In this document: piece by piece, positions 29,171 through 39,300 of the stretch
Numbering within the stretch: position 1 is the stretch's first letter
Layout: each line of letters starts with the position of its first letter
NCBI GenBank assembly: GCA_965215015.1
Contig: OZ244042.1
Location: 1,888,001 to 1,952,000, forward strand
From: Candidatus Poribacteria bacterium
GTDB lineage: Bacteria; Poribacteria; WGA-4E; PCPOR2b
Reading direction: 5' to 3'
DNA length: 64,000 nucleotides
Made by a program: the position numbers and the translations under genes
Notes under the pieces: model-generated
Told to the model about the DNA's origin: nothing
The model's input: only the letters and a program-made list of their open reading frames with translations
Databases searched by the model: none

Positions 29171-29899
29171 ATGAAAGGTCTGACTCTAGAACAAAAAGCG
29201 CAGTATGAGCGGGATGGCTATACCATTCTTAAATCAGTCTTTTCCAAGGTGGAATGTGAAGTGTTCGTCGAGCACATGATGGGGCTTCATTCGGGACGAA
29301 AGACACTTGAAGGCTTCACCCCCCGCGAACCAAACGATTGGGGACGTACGCACAATCAGCATTTGTATGATCCGAAAGCACTGACACTGTTGATTGATTC
29401 ACGGCTGCGTCAGCCGCTTGAAGACTGTTTTGAAGATGAAGTTGAGGGTATACAAACCATGTATTTTTACAAAGGTTCTGAAGGACGGCGTCACCAGGAC
29501 CAGTGTCCTCTCCCCGGCTGCATGTCCGCTTGGCTGCCTTTGGTAGAGGTCAACGAAGGCAATGGCACCATCTATGTGCAACCCGGCTCCCATAAAGGGC
29601 AACTGGTGACGTACTGGGAAACATTGGATCAGAACGGGAAGATGGATTACGAGTATCGCCACAAGAAGACCGAAAGAATCTTTGAGGAGAACAACCGCCC
29701 TGAGATTCCCGTGATAGCTAATCAGGGCGATGCGGTGTTATTCCATGGTCGTTTGATTCATCGCGGAGGTCCAATCAAACAACCCGGTGCCCTACGCCAT
29801 GTCATGGCAAACCACTATATACCGTACCAGTTCACGGATTGGCCCCACACAAGCTGGCCCCGAATTTCCTTTAACGGTAAGCAACGCTATACCGATTGA
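29171..29899 (+). CDS. PhyH family Fe/2OG dioxygenase
   Basis: HQD, NG..YVQPGSH, GD.VLFHG.LIH. Confidence 0.9.
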   Translation: MKGLTLEQKAQYERDGYTILKSVFSKVECEVFVEHMMGLHSGRKTLEGFTPREPNDWGRTHNQHLYDPKALTLLIDSRLRQPLEDCFEDEVEGIQTMYFYKGSEGRRHQDQCPLPGCMSAWLPLVEVNEGNGTIYVQPGSHKGQLVTYWETLDQNGKMDYEYRHKKTERIFEENNRPEIPVIANQGDAVLFHGRLIHRGGPIKQPGALRHVMANHYIPYQFTDWPHTSWPRISFNGKQRYTD

Positions 29900-30062
29900 A
29901 AAATGTGAAACGTAAGAGATAGTTTCTACCGTGAGGTTTTAAATCGGGGCTCATGGACAAAGAAAGTGCAAAACATGAAGAGCCCCCGAGATTTACGGAG
30001 AAACTCGGGAGCTGTTGCACGATTTCTCAACATGAGCGAGATCGGATACAAAGGTTTCAACA

Positions 30063-31796
30063 CTACAAGGGCTTGTCCCCAAACTGCGCTTTGTAAAGCC
30101 GCGCGTATAGTCCATCCTGTGACAGCAGCTCGAAGTGTCTGCCAAGTTCGACAATTCGATTGTCAGCCAATACAGCAATTCGATCTGCAAATCTGATGGT
30201 CGCAAGTCGATGGGCGATAATCAGCGTGGTACGCCCGTGCAGTAGATTTATTAAACTCTGCTGGATCAGCTGTTCTGATTCTGTATCGACAGAAGAGGTT
30301 GCTTCATCAAGGATGAGGATGGGCGGATCTTTCAGAACGGCACGCGCAATTGAGACCCGTTGTTTTTGCCCACCGGAGAGACGCATGCCGCGCTCCCCAA
30401 CAACGCTGTCAAAGCGGTCCGGTAGACCCATAATGAAGTCGTAGATGTTGGCGGATTTCGCCGCCATTTCAATTTCCGTTTGTGTTGCGTTCAATTTGCC
30501 GTAGGCGATATTCTCTCCGATTGTTCCGTTAAATAAGAACGTCTCTTGGGGCACAAGACCGATTTGACGCCGTAATGCCTGCACTTGCCAATCTCCCACA
30601 CTCACACCATCTACCTTCACCTGCCCGCCGGTTGCATCGTAGAACCTCGGCACAAGACCGACCAAGGTAGTTTTGCCGACACCACTGGGACCGACGAAAG
30701 CGATTGTCTCCCCCGGTCGAATTTTGAGGTCCACGGCTGTCAGAACAGCCTCGTCCGTATACTTGAACGAAACATTTTCAAACAGGAGCTCCCCTTTAAC
30801 CTTACCCGCCCAAGCGTTCGGGACATCTTTAATTTCAGGGGCTGTATCTAAAAGTTCCATCATCCGATCCCCGGCGGCCAGGGCCTTCTGCAACCGTTCA
30901 TTCTCGTGACTTGCCATCTCAATCGGAATGAACAATCGCCACAGAAATCCAAGAAAAATAAACAGTTGCCCGACTGTCATATCGCTTGATCCGCTGATCA
31001 TCTGCCAACCGCCGTACCACAGAATCGCTGTCCAACTCGCGCCAAGCAAAAATTGAACGGTAGGATTCAGGCGCGCCCACAGACGCACCCCCCGAATAAT
31101 TGCGTTTCGGTAATCGGCACATCGGGCGGTGAATCGCTTCTCTTCGTAGGGCTCGCGGGCAAAAGCTTGGATCTCGAAGATGCCCGAAAGGTTATCTTGC
31201 AAACGAGCGTTGACCTCCGCGAGCTCTGCACGCACATCGCGGGAAATAAGCCGCAGCTTTACACCGAAGTGAACAATCAGGGGACCCAAAATCAGAATCG
31301 GTAGGATAGTCAGGCACGCCATTTTGAAGTTGATGCTGTATAGCAAAATCGCTATTCCGATAAAAGTCAACGCCTGCACAGTAACGATATGTACCGTATG
31401 AGCGAGCATATCCCGCATCGCGTCGATGTCATTCACTACGCGCGACATCAGGTCACCGGTAGTGCTATCCTTGTGAAAACGGAACGACAGTTTCTGCAAG
31501 TGGCTATAAATCTGGGTCCGCATATCGTAAATAATCTTTTCAGCGATTTCGTGGGACAGCCATTCTGCCAACATTACCCCGATGCTCTTCACGAAATAGA
31601 TTCCAAGCAGCAGCAGCGCGATCCAGTGCAAGCGGCTGATATCTCGCTGTACAATCACCTCGTCAATAACAATCCTTCCGCTAATCCATGTTGGGACAAG
31701 ATTGCCGATGGATACAACCAACATGGCTATCAGCGAGACAACTGTGCTTTTCCAATAAGGCTTCACGTAATTCAGTAGACGGAGGTATAAATTCAT
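30063..31796 (-). CDS. ABC exporter, fused permease/ATPase (MsbA/Sav1866-like)
   Basis: N-terminal TM domain, GPSGVGKT, LSGGQKQR, ILDEATS. Confidence 0.93.
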   Translation of the reverse strand: MNLYLRLLNYVKPYWKSTVVSLIAMLVVSIGNLVPTWISGRIVIDEVIVQRDISRLHWIALLLLGIYFVKSIGVMLAEWLSHEIAEKIIYDMRTQIYSHLQKLSFRFHKDSTTGDLMSRVVNDIDAMRDMLAHTVHIVTVQALTFIGIAILLYSINFKMACLTILPILILGPLIVHFGVKLRLISRDVRAELAEVNARLQDNLSGIFEIQAFAREPYEEKRFTARCADYRNAIIRGVRLWARLNPTVQFLLGASWTAILWYGGWQMISGSSDMTVGQLFIFLGFLWRLFIPIEMASHENERLQKALAAGDRMMELLDTAPEIKDVPNAWAGKVKGELLFENVSFKYTDEAVLTAVDLKIRPGETIAFVGPSGVGKTTLVGLVPRFYDATGGQVKVDGVSVGDWQVQALRRQIGLVPQETFLFNGTIGENIAYGKLNATQTEIEMAAKSANIYDFIMGLPDRFDSVVGERGMRLSGGQKQRVSIARAVLKDPPILILDEATSSVDTESEQLIQQSLINLLHGRTTLIIAHRLATIRFADRIAVLADNRIVELGRHFELLSQDGLYARLYKAQFGDKPL

Positions 31797-32657
31797 TGGC
31801 GATTATCCTTGCAAGAGGGGAACTTGAGACACCCTAAACTGCAATGACTCGCTGATGGCCAACCTTATCTTTTGCCGGTGGCGAATCTCGACGTTACGGT
31901 TGAGACGGTTGAGAAGTGTAAACAATAGTTCTAGGGTCTGTAGGTCTATATTCATATCTCCACACCGAAACGCTGATTTCAGCGAGGGCAGGCTCTGCAC
32001 CACCCTTACAAATTCGGTGAAGATGCCTCTCACCGCTCGCTTCATCGGGCAGCGACAGCTCAGCCCAAAGTAGCAGGCACGCTCCGCGTGCCCTCCCCCT
32101 GCTAAATACCCGGTGGGTTGTCCGTCAGTTCCTGGCTCATTGCTTTAGGGAAACTTCGGACTGGCCCACGAGCGGTCCTAATCCAAGTCACATTTTTCAT
32201 CGCTTCATTCAAAATTCTATCTTCCCCATGGTAGATTTCCGATATTATGGCAGATTTACCATGATATGGCAACCGTGTAATTAGGGGATTTGGAAAACGC
32301 TTGGAGGGAAACAATCTGGAAGGTCATTGAATCATAATGTGTATTGCGTTATACGCGGACGGAACAATTTGAGTAGAAAACCATTCTGTAAGGTGTTAAA
32401 ATTAGAAACCGAGCACGGACAACCCGTTCGACTGAGCGACTGTCAATCCCGATTAGCTCATATAAGAAATCATGTAACAGCCCCGAGTTTTTCCGAAAAA
32501 ACTCAGGGGCAAATACCAATCGTGTTAGACCCTGGTGTTTGGTGAATTGAGCCAAGACGGTTGCACGATGTTCCGGGTATCTTTGCACTCTCTTTACATA
32601 AAGCCAACCGATTTACCGGGACGAATCCCTGCCTATTTGCAGGTATCAGGAGAAAGT

Positions 32658-33329
32658 ATGGACACAGAAAAACTCAAACAACTCGCAGCAGAACAGGCTG
32701 CCGAGGAGGTGGAGTCCGGCATGATTGTCGGGCTTGGTACAGGTTCAACAATTTACTACGGACTGCTAAAACTCGGTGAAAAGGTTCGGAGCGGCATCGA
32801 TATTATCGGAATTCCGACCTCAAAGCAGACGGAAGATATTGCAGTTCAGCAGGGTATATCGCTCTCAACACTTGGGGAGCACCCTGTGATCGATTTGACC
32901 ATTGATGGCGCGGATGAAGTCAATCCTAACCTCGATCTCATCAAGGGGGCAGGCGGAGCGTTAGTCCGAGAGAAAATCATCGCCCATGCCTCCAAACGGT
33001 TGGTCATTATCGTTGATGAAGGAAAACAGGTTGAACAATTAGGTTCTAATTATCCAGTACCAGTGGAGGTTGTCCCATTTGGATGGAGAGCAACCCAGCT
33101 CGCGCTGAACCGGGTCTGCCGAGACTCAACCCTGCGTCCTAATTTTGTCAGCGACAACGGTAACTATATTCTGGACTGCGCTTTCGATGGCATTCCTGAT
33201 CCAGTCGCCACTGAGAATATCATCAATAATATCCCCGGCGTTGTTGAAAACGGACTTTTCATTAACCGCACCGATCAGGTCATTATCGGTGCGGCTTCAG
33301 GGGTGCAAATCTTAAACCGTCAAGAATAA
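32658..33329 (+). CDS. rpiA: Ribose-5-phosphate isomerase A
   Basis: GLGTGST, DGADE, KGAGGAL.REK, VENGLF. ATG 32658 follows AGGAG. Confidence 0.95.
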   Translation: MDTEKLKQLAAEQAAEEVESGMIVGLGTGSTIYYGLLKLGEKVRSGIDIIGIPTSKQTEDIAVQQGISLSTLGEHPVIDLTIDGADEVNPNLDLIKGAGGALVREKIIAHASKRLVIIVDEGKQVEQLGSNYPVPVEVVPFGWRATQLALNRVCRDSTLRPNFVSDNGNYILDCAFDGIPDPVATENIINNIPGVVENGLFINRTDQVIIGAASGVQILNRQE

Positions 33330-33387
33330 AACCAAGTGTATTACACTTTCTTCTTATATGAACCCCGTAGGTCAGACACCAATGAAC

Positions 33388-33633
33388 TGAGGGAGGCTCA
33401 TAATAATTGTCTGAATCGCGGATTCAGCAGATGCAGCGGCCGGCACAGATACAGATAGGGGCGCAGGCGGTAGATGGGGCAAGATGTCCTACCCACGGGG
33501 TTGGAGGTGCTTTGTTTTTCAAGTTATGGGTGTGAGTTTAATGGCAGTTGCGTGTTAGCCAAGCCATATGCCATAACGATTGTGTGGTTCACGGCACGAC
33601 GGCTCGTGCCGACCCCTTTATGAGCATCCCTTA
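33388..33633 (+). mobile_element. MITE family A copy 3
   Basis: TGAGGGAGGCTCAT ... ATGAGCATCCCTTA with ATGAAC duplicated on both flanks. Confidence 0.85.
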
Positions 33634-33644
33634 ATGAACCAATA

Positions 33645-35426
33645 TCATGTTCCTCGAAACAATTCAATCCAAACAGTCGTACCAACTCCTTCTTCACTCT
33701 CGACGAAAATTTCCCCATCGTGATCGGTGACGATTCGCTGGACAATCGCCATACCGAGCCCGGTCCCGGCAGCCTTTGTTGTATAATACGGGGCGAAAAT
33801 CTGTGATAATGTCTCCGGTCCCATACCGATACCTGTATCTTGAATCTTGATCTGAATCTTCTCCTCATTGACCAACTGAGTTGAAATGTTCAGTCTTCCT
33901 CCGTCCGGCATCGCTTCGATTGCGTTTTTAATCAGATTTCCTAACGCCTGTGTAATCTGTTCTGCGTCAAGGGAAAGGGGAGGAAGATTCGGAGCGAGAT
34001 TTGCCTTCATCTGAATGTTCTTGACAGATTTCGCATACAGGTTCACCACGTTCTGTACAACTTGATTGAGATTCGACAGCTGTCGTTCAGGAGGGGGCAT
34101 TCGGGCAAATTGGTGGAACTCATCCACCATTCGCTCTAGACGGTCCACCTCTTCGATAACTGTGTCGGTACATTCGATAAAAATCTCCTCAAACACCTTG
34201 TAGTTACCCCTACCTTGATAAGCGCGCTGAAGGTTTTCGATCGAAAGCCGAATCGGAAATAGCGGGTTCTTGATCTCGTGCGCGACGCGACGGGCAACAT
34301 CGCCCCACGCCGCAAGGCGTTCAGCGGCAAGCCGTCTCTCTAGGCTTGACTTTAAGGCTGCCCCCATTTGGTTAAAGGCACCAGCCAATCTCCCAATCTC
34401 ATCTCGACTTTGGATAGCGACCTGATGCTCAAGGTTGCCCGACGCGATTTCAGCCGATCCTGCTACCAGCTGATTGATAGGTTTTGTCATTTGAAGTCCA
34501 ACGATATAACTCATAATATATACCGAAGCCAGGCCAGCTCCACCGATAATAACTAGGATAAACATAAGCCATTGTTGTAATTCAATTTGATTTCGATGGG
34601 AATATGCAAGAATCAACTCTGTCCCAATGGCTTGGGATTTCTGCCTCGATTCATTTGACATCTCGATAACCGAGGTTAAAATTGGGATACGACCGACGCT
34701 GTGCGGCACGCCTATCAGTTTAATCTTTTGAAAAGGCTGATCGGCGTCGGTTGTAAACGCTAGGAGCGATTCTCGTCGGTACTCTGGGATTGTATCGCCA
34801 GCCGCGTTCAGTGGTACGAGACGAGTGCCTTCTTTGAGAAAAATTGGATGAAGTGTCAAATCCTTCAGGGCTTGATTGAGATGTTTATGTAAAAAATAGC
34901 CACCGGTGACAAATCCCAAAAACTTACCCTCCGTTTGGAGTGGCAATGTAATCTCGATTGTGGCCCGTGCTTCCGGGGTTCGGAGCCGCGATGCCAGTTC
35001 CGGCTTCAACTTTCGTGCCCGATCTAACGCTTCCCAATCTTTTTCGCCGTGATGCAAGTTGACGGAATAACGGTCATTATTTTCTACCTTACTTGCTGTG
35101 ATAACGCCCTCGTGGGTTCCATATTCCAAGATATCCAGCACACTATCGGTAATACTAGACGGATACGGTTCATGCTTGCGAATCGCTTGAACGACACGCC
35201 AGTCCTTGATTTCGCTCCGCACTTTCTCCTCAATATCTTGGCGAAGCAAATCTCTCGTGTGGGTGAGCCGTGTTCTAAGCTCTTGGGCATCCGTTTGAAT
35301 TTGCTCATCAAACCGCTGCACGACAACCCGCCTCGCAACCACGAAAATCCCGATGATTGTGATGAGGAATACAGAACTATAAGTGAGGAAGATTTTGTGA
35401 TGGAGTTTGCTGATAGTAAAAATCAT
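33645..35426 (-). CDS. HAMP-domain sensor histidine kinase (NtrY-like)
   Basis: Two TM helices, HAMP domain, AHEIKNPL H-box, N/G1/F/G2 boxes. Confidence 0.92.
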   Translation of the reverse strand: MIFTISKLHHKIFLTYSSVFLITIIGIFVVARRVVVQRFDEQIQTDAQELRTRLTHTRDLLRQDIEEKVRSEIKDWRVVQAIRKHEPYPSSITDSVLDILEYGTHEGVITASKVENNDRYSVNLHHGEKDWEALDRARKLKPELASRLRTPEARATIEITLPLQTEGKFLGFVTGGYFLHKHLNQALKDLTLHPIFLKEGTRLVPLNAAGDTIPEYRRESLLAFTTDADQPFQKIKLIGVPHSVGRIPILTSVIEMSNESRQKSQAIGTELILAYSHRNQIELQQWLMFILVIIGGAGLASVYIMSYIVGLQMTKPINQLVAGSAEIASGNLEHQVAIQSRDEIGRLAGAFNQMGAALKSSLERRLAAERLAAWGDVARRVAHEIKNPLFPIRLSIENLQRAYQGRGNYKVFEEIFIECTDTVIEEVDRLERMVDEFHQFARMPPPERQLSNLNQVVQNVVNLYAKSVKNIQMKANLAPNLPPLSLDAEQITQALGNLIKNAIEAMPDGGRLNISTQLVNEEKIQIKIQDTGIGMGPETLSQIFAPYYTTKAAGTGLGMAIVQRIVTDHDGEIFVESEEGVGTTVWIELFRGT

Positions 35427-35692
35427 TGACGGTTTGTGCGTCGACTGTTTGATATAACAATGCTAGAATAACCCAAGTTACTACGGCGTGTTGACATTTT
35501 GCTGTCGCCAATTCGGGAAACACTATAATCATTGGGCAATTCACCAAAAACCGATAAAGCCCCGGTAACCAAACCGATTGCCCTCGTGTTCCAAGAAACT
35601 CACACCAGTTATTGAATATAGGAACGTTCAGAGTGTAGCAAAGTTTATCTGTGAAATCAAGAACGAATTTTTTAACGCTAGGGCTATTTAGT

Positions 35693-35936
35693 TCAGGGGT
35701 GCTCATAATAATTGTCTGGATCACGGACTCAGCAGATGCAGCAGATTCCACGGATACAGATAGGGGGCGCAGGCAGTAGATGGGGCAAGATCCCCCTATG
35801 GGGTTAGGGCTATTTTGTTTTTCTCCATTGGGGTTGATATTTTAATGGCAGTTGCGTGTTAGTCAAGCCATAGGCCATAACGATTATGTGGTTTAGGGCA
35901 TGCGACTCGTGCCGCCTCCTTTATGAGCCCCCCTCA
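35693..35936 (+). mobile_element. MITE family A copy 4, inserted in the end of another repeat
   Basis: TCAGGGGTGCTCAT ... ATGAGCCCCCCTCA flanked by TTTAGT and GTTAGT. Confidence 0.85.
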
Positions 35937-36372
35937 GTTAGTTTTCGGTCATGGGATCTGCTTATGCCAGTTGTCCAGGCCGTCTTTTATCCGTGTCATC
36001 CGTCAATCGGTGCTTATCCGTGATTCACACAATAATATAGGAGAATTAAAGTACCCTATTTTTACCGCTTTTTCGCTTGATCGGTGTTATTAATCTTGAT
36101 ACAATATCCACAACCGAACACTTTAGAATACATAACAGTCGATATAAGAAGGCTGCTGTTAAGAAATCGTGCAACAGACCTTGAGCTTTCAAGAAAAAAC
36201 TCGGGTTCTCTTCGCGCCATATACTCTCTTTAAGACTTACGCAGTTGAATGCTCAATCCCTTGTTCTCTTCCCCCTGCTTGTGGGGGGCGGCGGGAAGGG
36301 GGGTATAGAAAAAGCAACCCGCTGATACCAAGCAAAGGCCTCAGAAAAACTATCTATAAGGAGACACTCCCT

Positions 36373-39300
36373 ATGTTTAAGCGTCATTTCATTTCCTATT
36401 TGGTGGGAATTTGCAAACAACGGCAGCACCGTATCGCACTTATTAGTCTATTGATGTGCATCGTAGGTTATCAAAATGTATACCCCCAACAGCAGATTGC
36501 CCAAGATGCCTACGCCATTTTTCAACAGAGCTGCCTCATCTGCCACGGACCCGACGGTGCCTATCGAGAGACACTCCTAATGGAACACAACTCACTCATC
36601 GCAAACGGGATAGTTGTCCCCGGAAACCCCAATGCCTCCGAACTGTATAACCGGCTCCTGACGACTGAGATAGCCAAACGGATGCCCCTTGGACAACCCC
36701 GGCTATCCACTCAAGCGATTGCCACCATCCGAAACTGGATATTCGCTGGCGCACCCGATTGGGCGGCAACCCCCGCCCCCGATAGACGCTTTATCTCTCC
36801 CCATGAAATACTCAATACCATCGAGACTCACGTCATGTCGCTTGCACCATTTGACCGTGCCTTTGCCCGGTACTTCACAATGACACACCTCTATAACGCA
36901 GGTGAGCCAACGCGCGCGCTTGACGGCTATCGTAACGGCCTCTCGAAACTGGTCAATAGCCTCTCATGGGGGAGTACCGTCACCAACCCCCAACCCATTG
37001 ACCGACAAGGCACCATCCTCTACATTGACCTGCGCCATTACGAGTGGGATCGCAATGATGGGTGGGGGCAGATAGAAGCAGCATATCCCTATCACATCGG
37101 GTTTGATGCACCGGCACAGACCGCGCTGCGGGCCCAACTGACCCGGTTACAGACGGAGATGAAATCTGATATACCATCGGTTCATGTCGACTGGTTTATA
37201 GCACAAGCCTCTTTACCCCCACTCTACCATGATTTACTCTCTCTCCCCTTAACGGATAGAGAGTTAGAGACCCGATTAGAGGTTGACGTTGTCCGTAACC
37301 TGCAAAATGCACCGGGGGTGCGTGTCTGGCGGGCAGGCACCAACAATTCGGGTGTCTCCAATCACAACCGAGTGATAGAACGCCACACCTCTCGCTACGG
37401 TGCCTATTGGAAAAGTTACGACTTTGGGGGGAGTGTGGGTACACAGAACGTCTTCACCCACCCCCTGTCATTCACCCATGATGGTGGTGAGGTTATCTTC
37501 AACCTACCCAACGGGTTACAGGGATACTACCTTGCCAATGGGGCCGGTTTCCGTCTAAATGAGGCACCGATAAACATAGTTTCTAATCCCGCAGCGAGTG
37601 ATCCAACGGTGCGGAACGGACTCTCCTGTTTCGGTTGCCACACAGAGGGTATGAAGCCCTTTGAGGACCAAGTCCGTTCGGTGATAGCGAATAATACCGC
37701 TCCCGTTTATGACAAAGCGCAGGCGTTGCGGCTCTACGTGGCAAAATCAGAGATGGACGCGCTTGTGGGTGAAGATATGAACAGGTACAGGGTTGCCCTT
37801 GAAGCGACGGGCGGGGCGTTTGATGACATTGAACCCATCTCCCGTTTCCACGAGGCATTTCAGGAGGAGGTAGACACAGCACACGCCGCAGCCGCGCTCG
37901 GGTTAGAGCCGGGGGCGTTCTTGGAAAAGATACGTGAGAATATAGGGCTACAGGACCTCGGTTTGCTGGTGTTAGACAGTGAGGCTGGAAGTATGAAACG
38001 GGACACATGGACATCGAGTTTTCGGGATATAGTTTTTGCGTTGGATTTCCCGGAGCGTTTCACCCCTCCCACGGCGATAACCCCGCCGGTAGTGACACCG
38101 GGTACGGTTGTGTCTATCCCGGACCCAAACCTGCGTGCGGCAATAGCGGAGGCACTGGACAAGAGCCCCAATGCTCCGATTACTGCCGAGGAGATGGCAA
38201 AGTTGAGCAGGCTCGATGTGCCGCGCAGGGGCATCCGTGATTTGACAGGGCTGCAGTTTGCGACCAATCTGACACGGTTAATTATCGACGACAATGAGGT
38301 CTCCGACCTCTCACCGCTAGCGGGCTTAATCGAGCTGCGAGATCTCCGGATGCACGACAACCTCTTGTCCGATATATCGCCTGTGAGAGGCCTAACAAAT
38401 CTCACTCGCCTTGAGTTTGACGACTCTACAGTCTCTGATATATCTCCCGTGAGAGGCTTAACCAATCTCACTTACCTTGAGTTTGACGACACTTTGGTAT
38501 CCGATATATCTCCCGTGAGGAACTTAACAAATCTCACTCACCTTGAGTTTGATGGCACTTTGGTATCCGATATATCTCCCGTGAGAGGCTTAACCAATCT
38601 CACTCGCCTTGAGTTTATCGGCACTTTGGTATCCGACCTCTCGCCAATTGCCGGATTAATCAATCTGGAGGCGTTATATTTTGAGGGTGATAATGTCTCC
38701 GACCTGTCGCCGGTTTCAGGATTAATCAACCTCAAAACTATTGATGCTAGTTGGGGTAGCTCTATATCCGATTTATCGCCCTTGGCGGGCTTAACAAAAC
38801 TGGAGGTGATACTTATGAGCGGCGGAAAGGTATCAGATCTCACGCCTTTAGCAGGCCTAACCGGCTTGAAAAAACTGTGGTTTCAGGCCAACGACATATC
38901 GGATATATCCCCCCTCGCAGGGTTAACACAGCTAACTAGTGTGAATCTTGGGTCCAACAATATATCGGATATATCCCCCCTTGCAGGGGCAACCAACTTG
39001 AAATGGCTAGCGATCCAGCGAAACGAGATCTCTGACATTTCTCCGCTGCGGGGATTCCGCGAGAATATAACGACGTTCGTTTGGCATGACAACCCGGGAT
39101 TCCCAAAAGTGGGACCGTCAATCGAGGGGCCGTGGTTATGGGTTGTATTACCGGAAACAGCACCGAGTAGCAGTAAGGACCTACTGTCAGAAGTGAGCGG
39201 CGGCGCGGTAACAGAGACGGAGATTGCTACCCATGGGGCAACCGTGGGAAGTTCTGTAGGCGATGATGTGTGGACCTACCGCACACTCCCGCCTACGCGC

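Noticed and set aside
32102-32640. ORFs upstream of rpiA and the 32535 extended start
   Set aside because: No recognisable domains. The region holds a hairpin (32480-32510) related to 29981-30013, and rpiA homology begins at ATG 32658.
33524-33868. Short ORFs overlapping MITEs or lying antisense/out of frame within long genes (e.g. 33524-33868, 35377-35751, 17965-18507, 49220-49852, 62293-62579)
   Set aside because: Shadow frames of well-supported genes or translations of repeat DNA.
36169-36372. N-terminal extension of the 1488-aa ORF
   Set aside because: It runs through a repeat (TAAGACTTACGCA and CCCCCTGCTTGTGGGGG). ATG 36373 has an RBS and a signal-like sequence.
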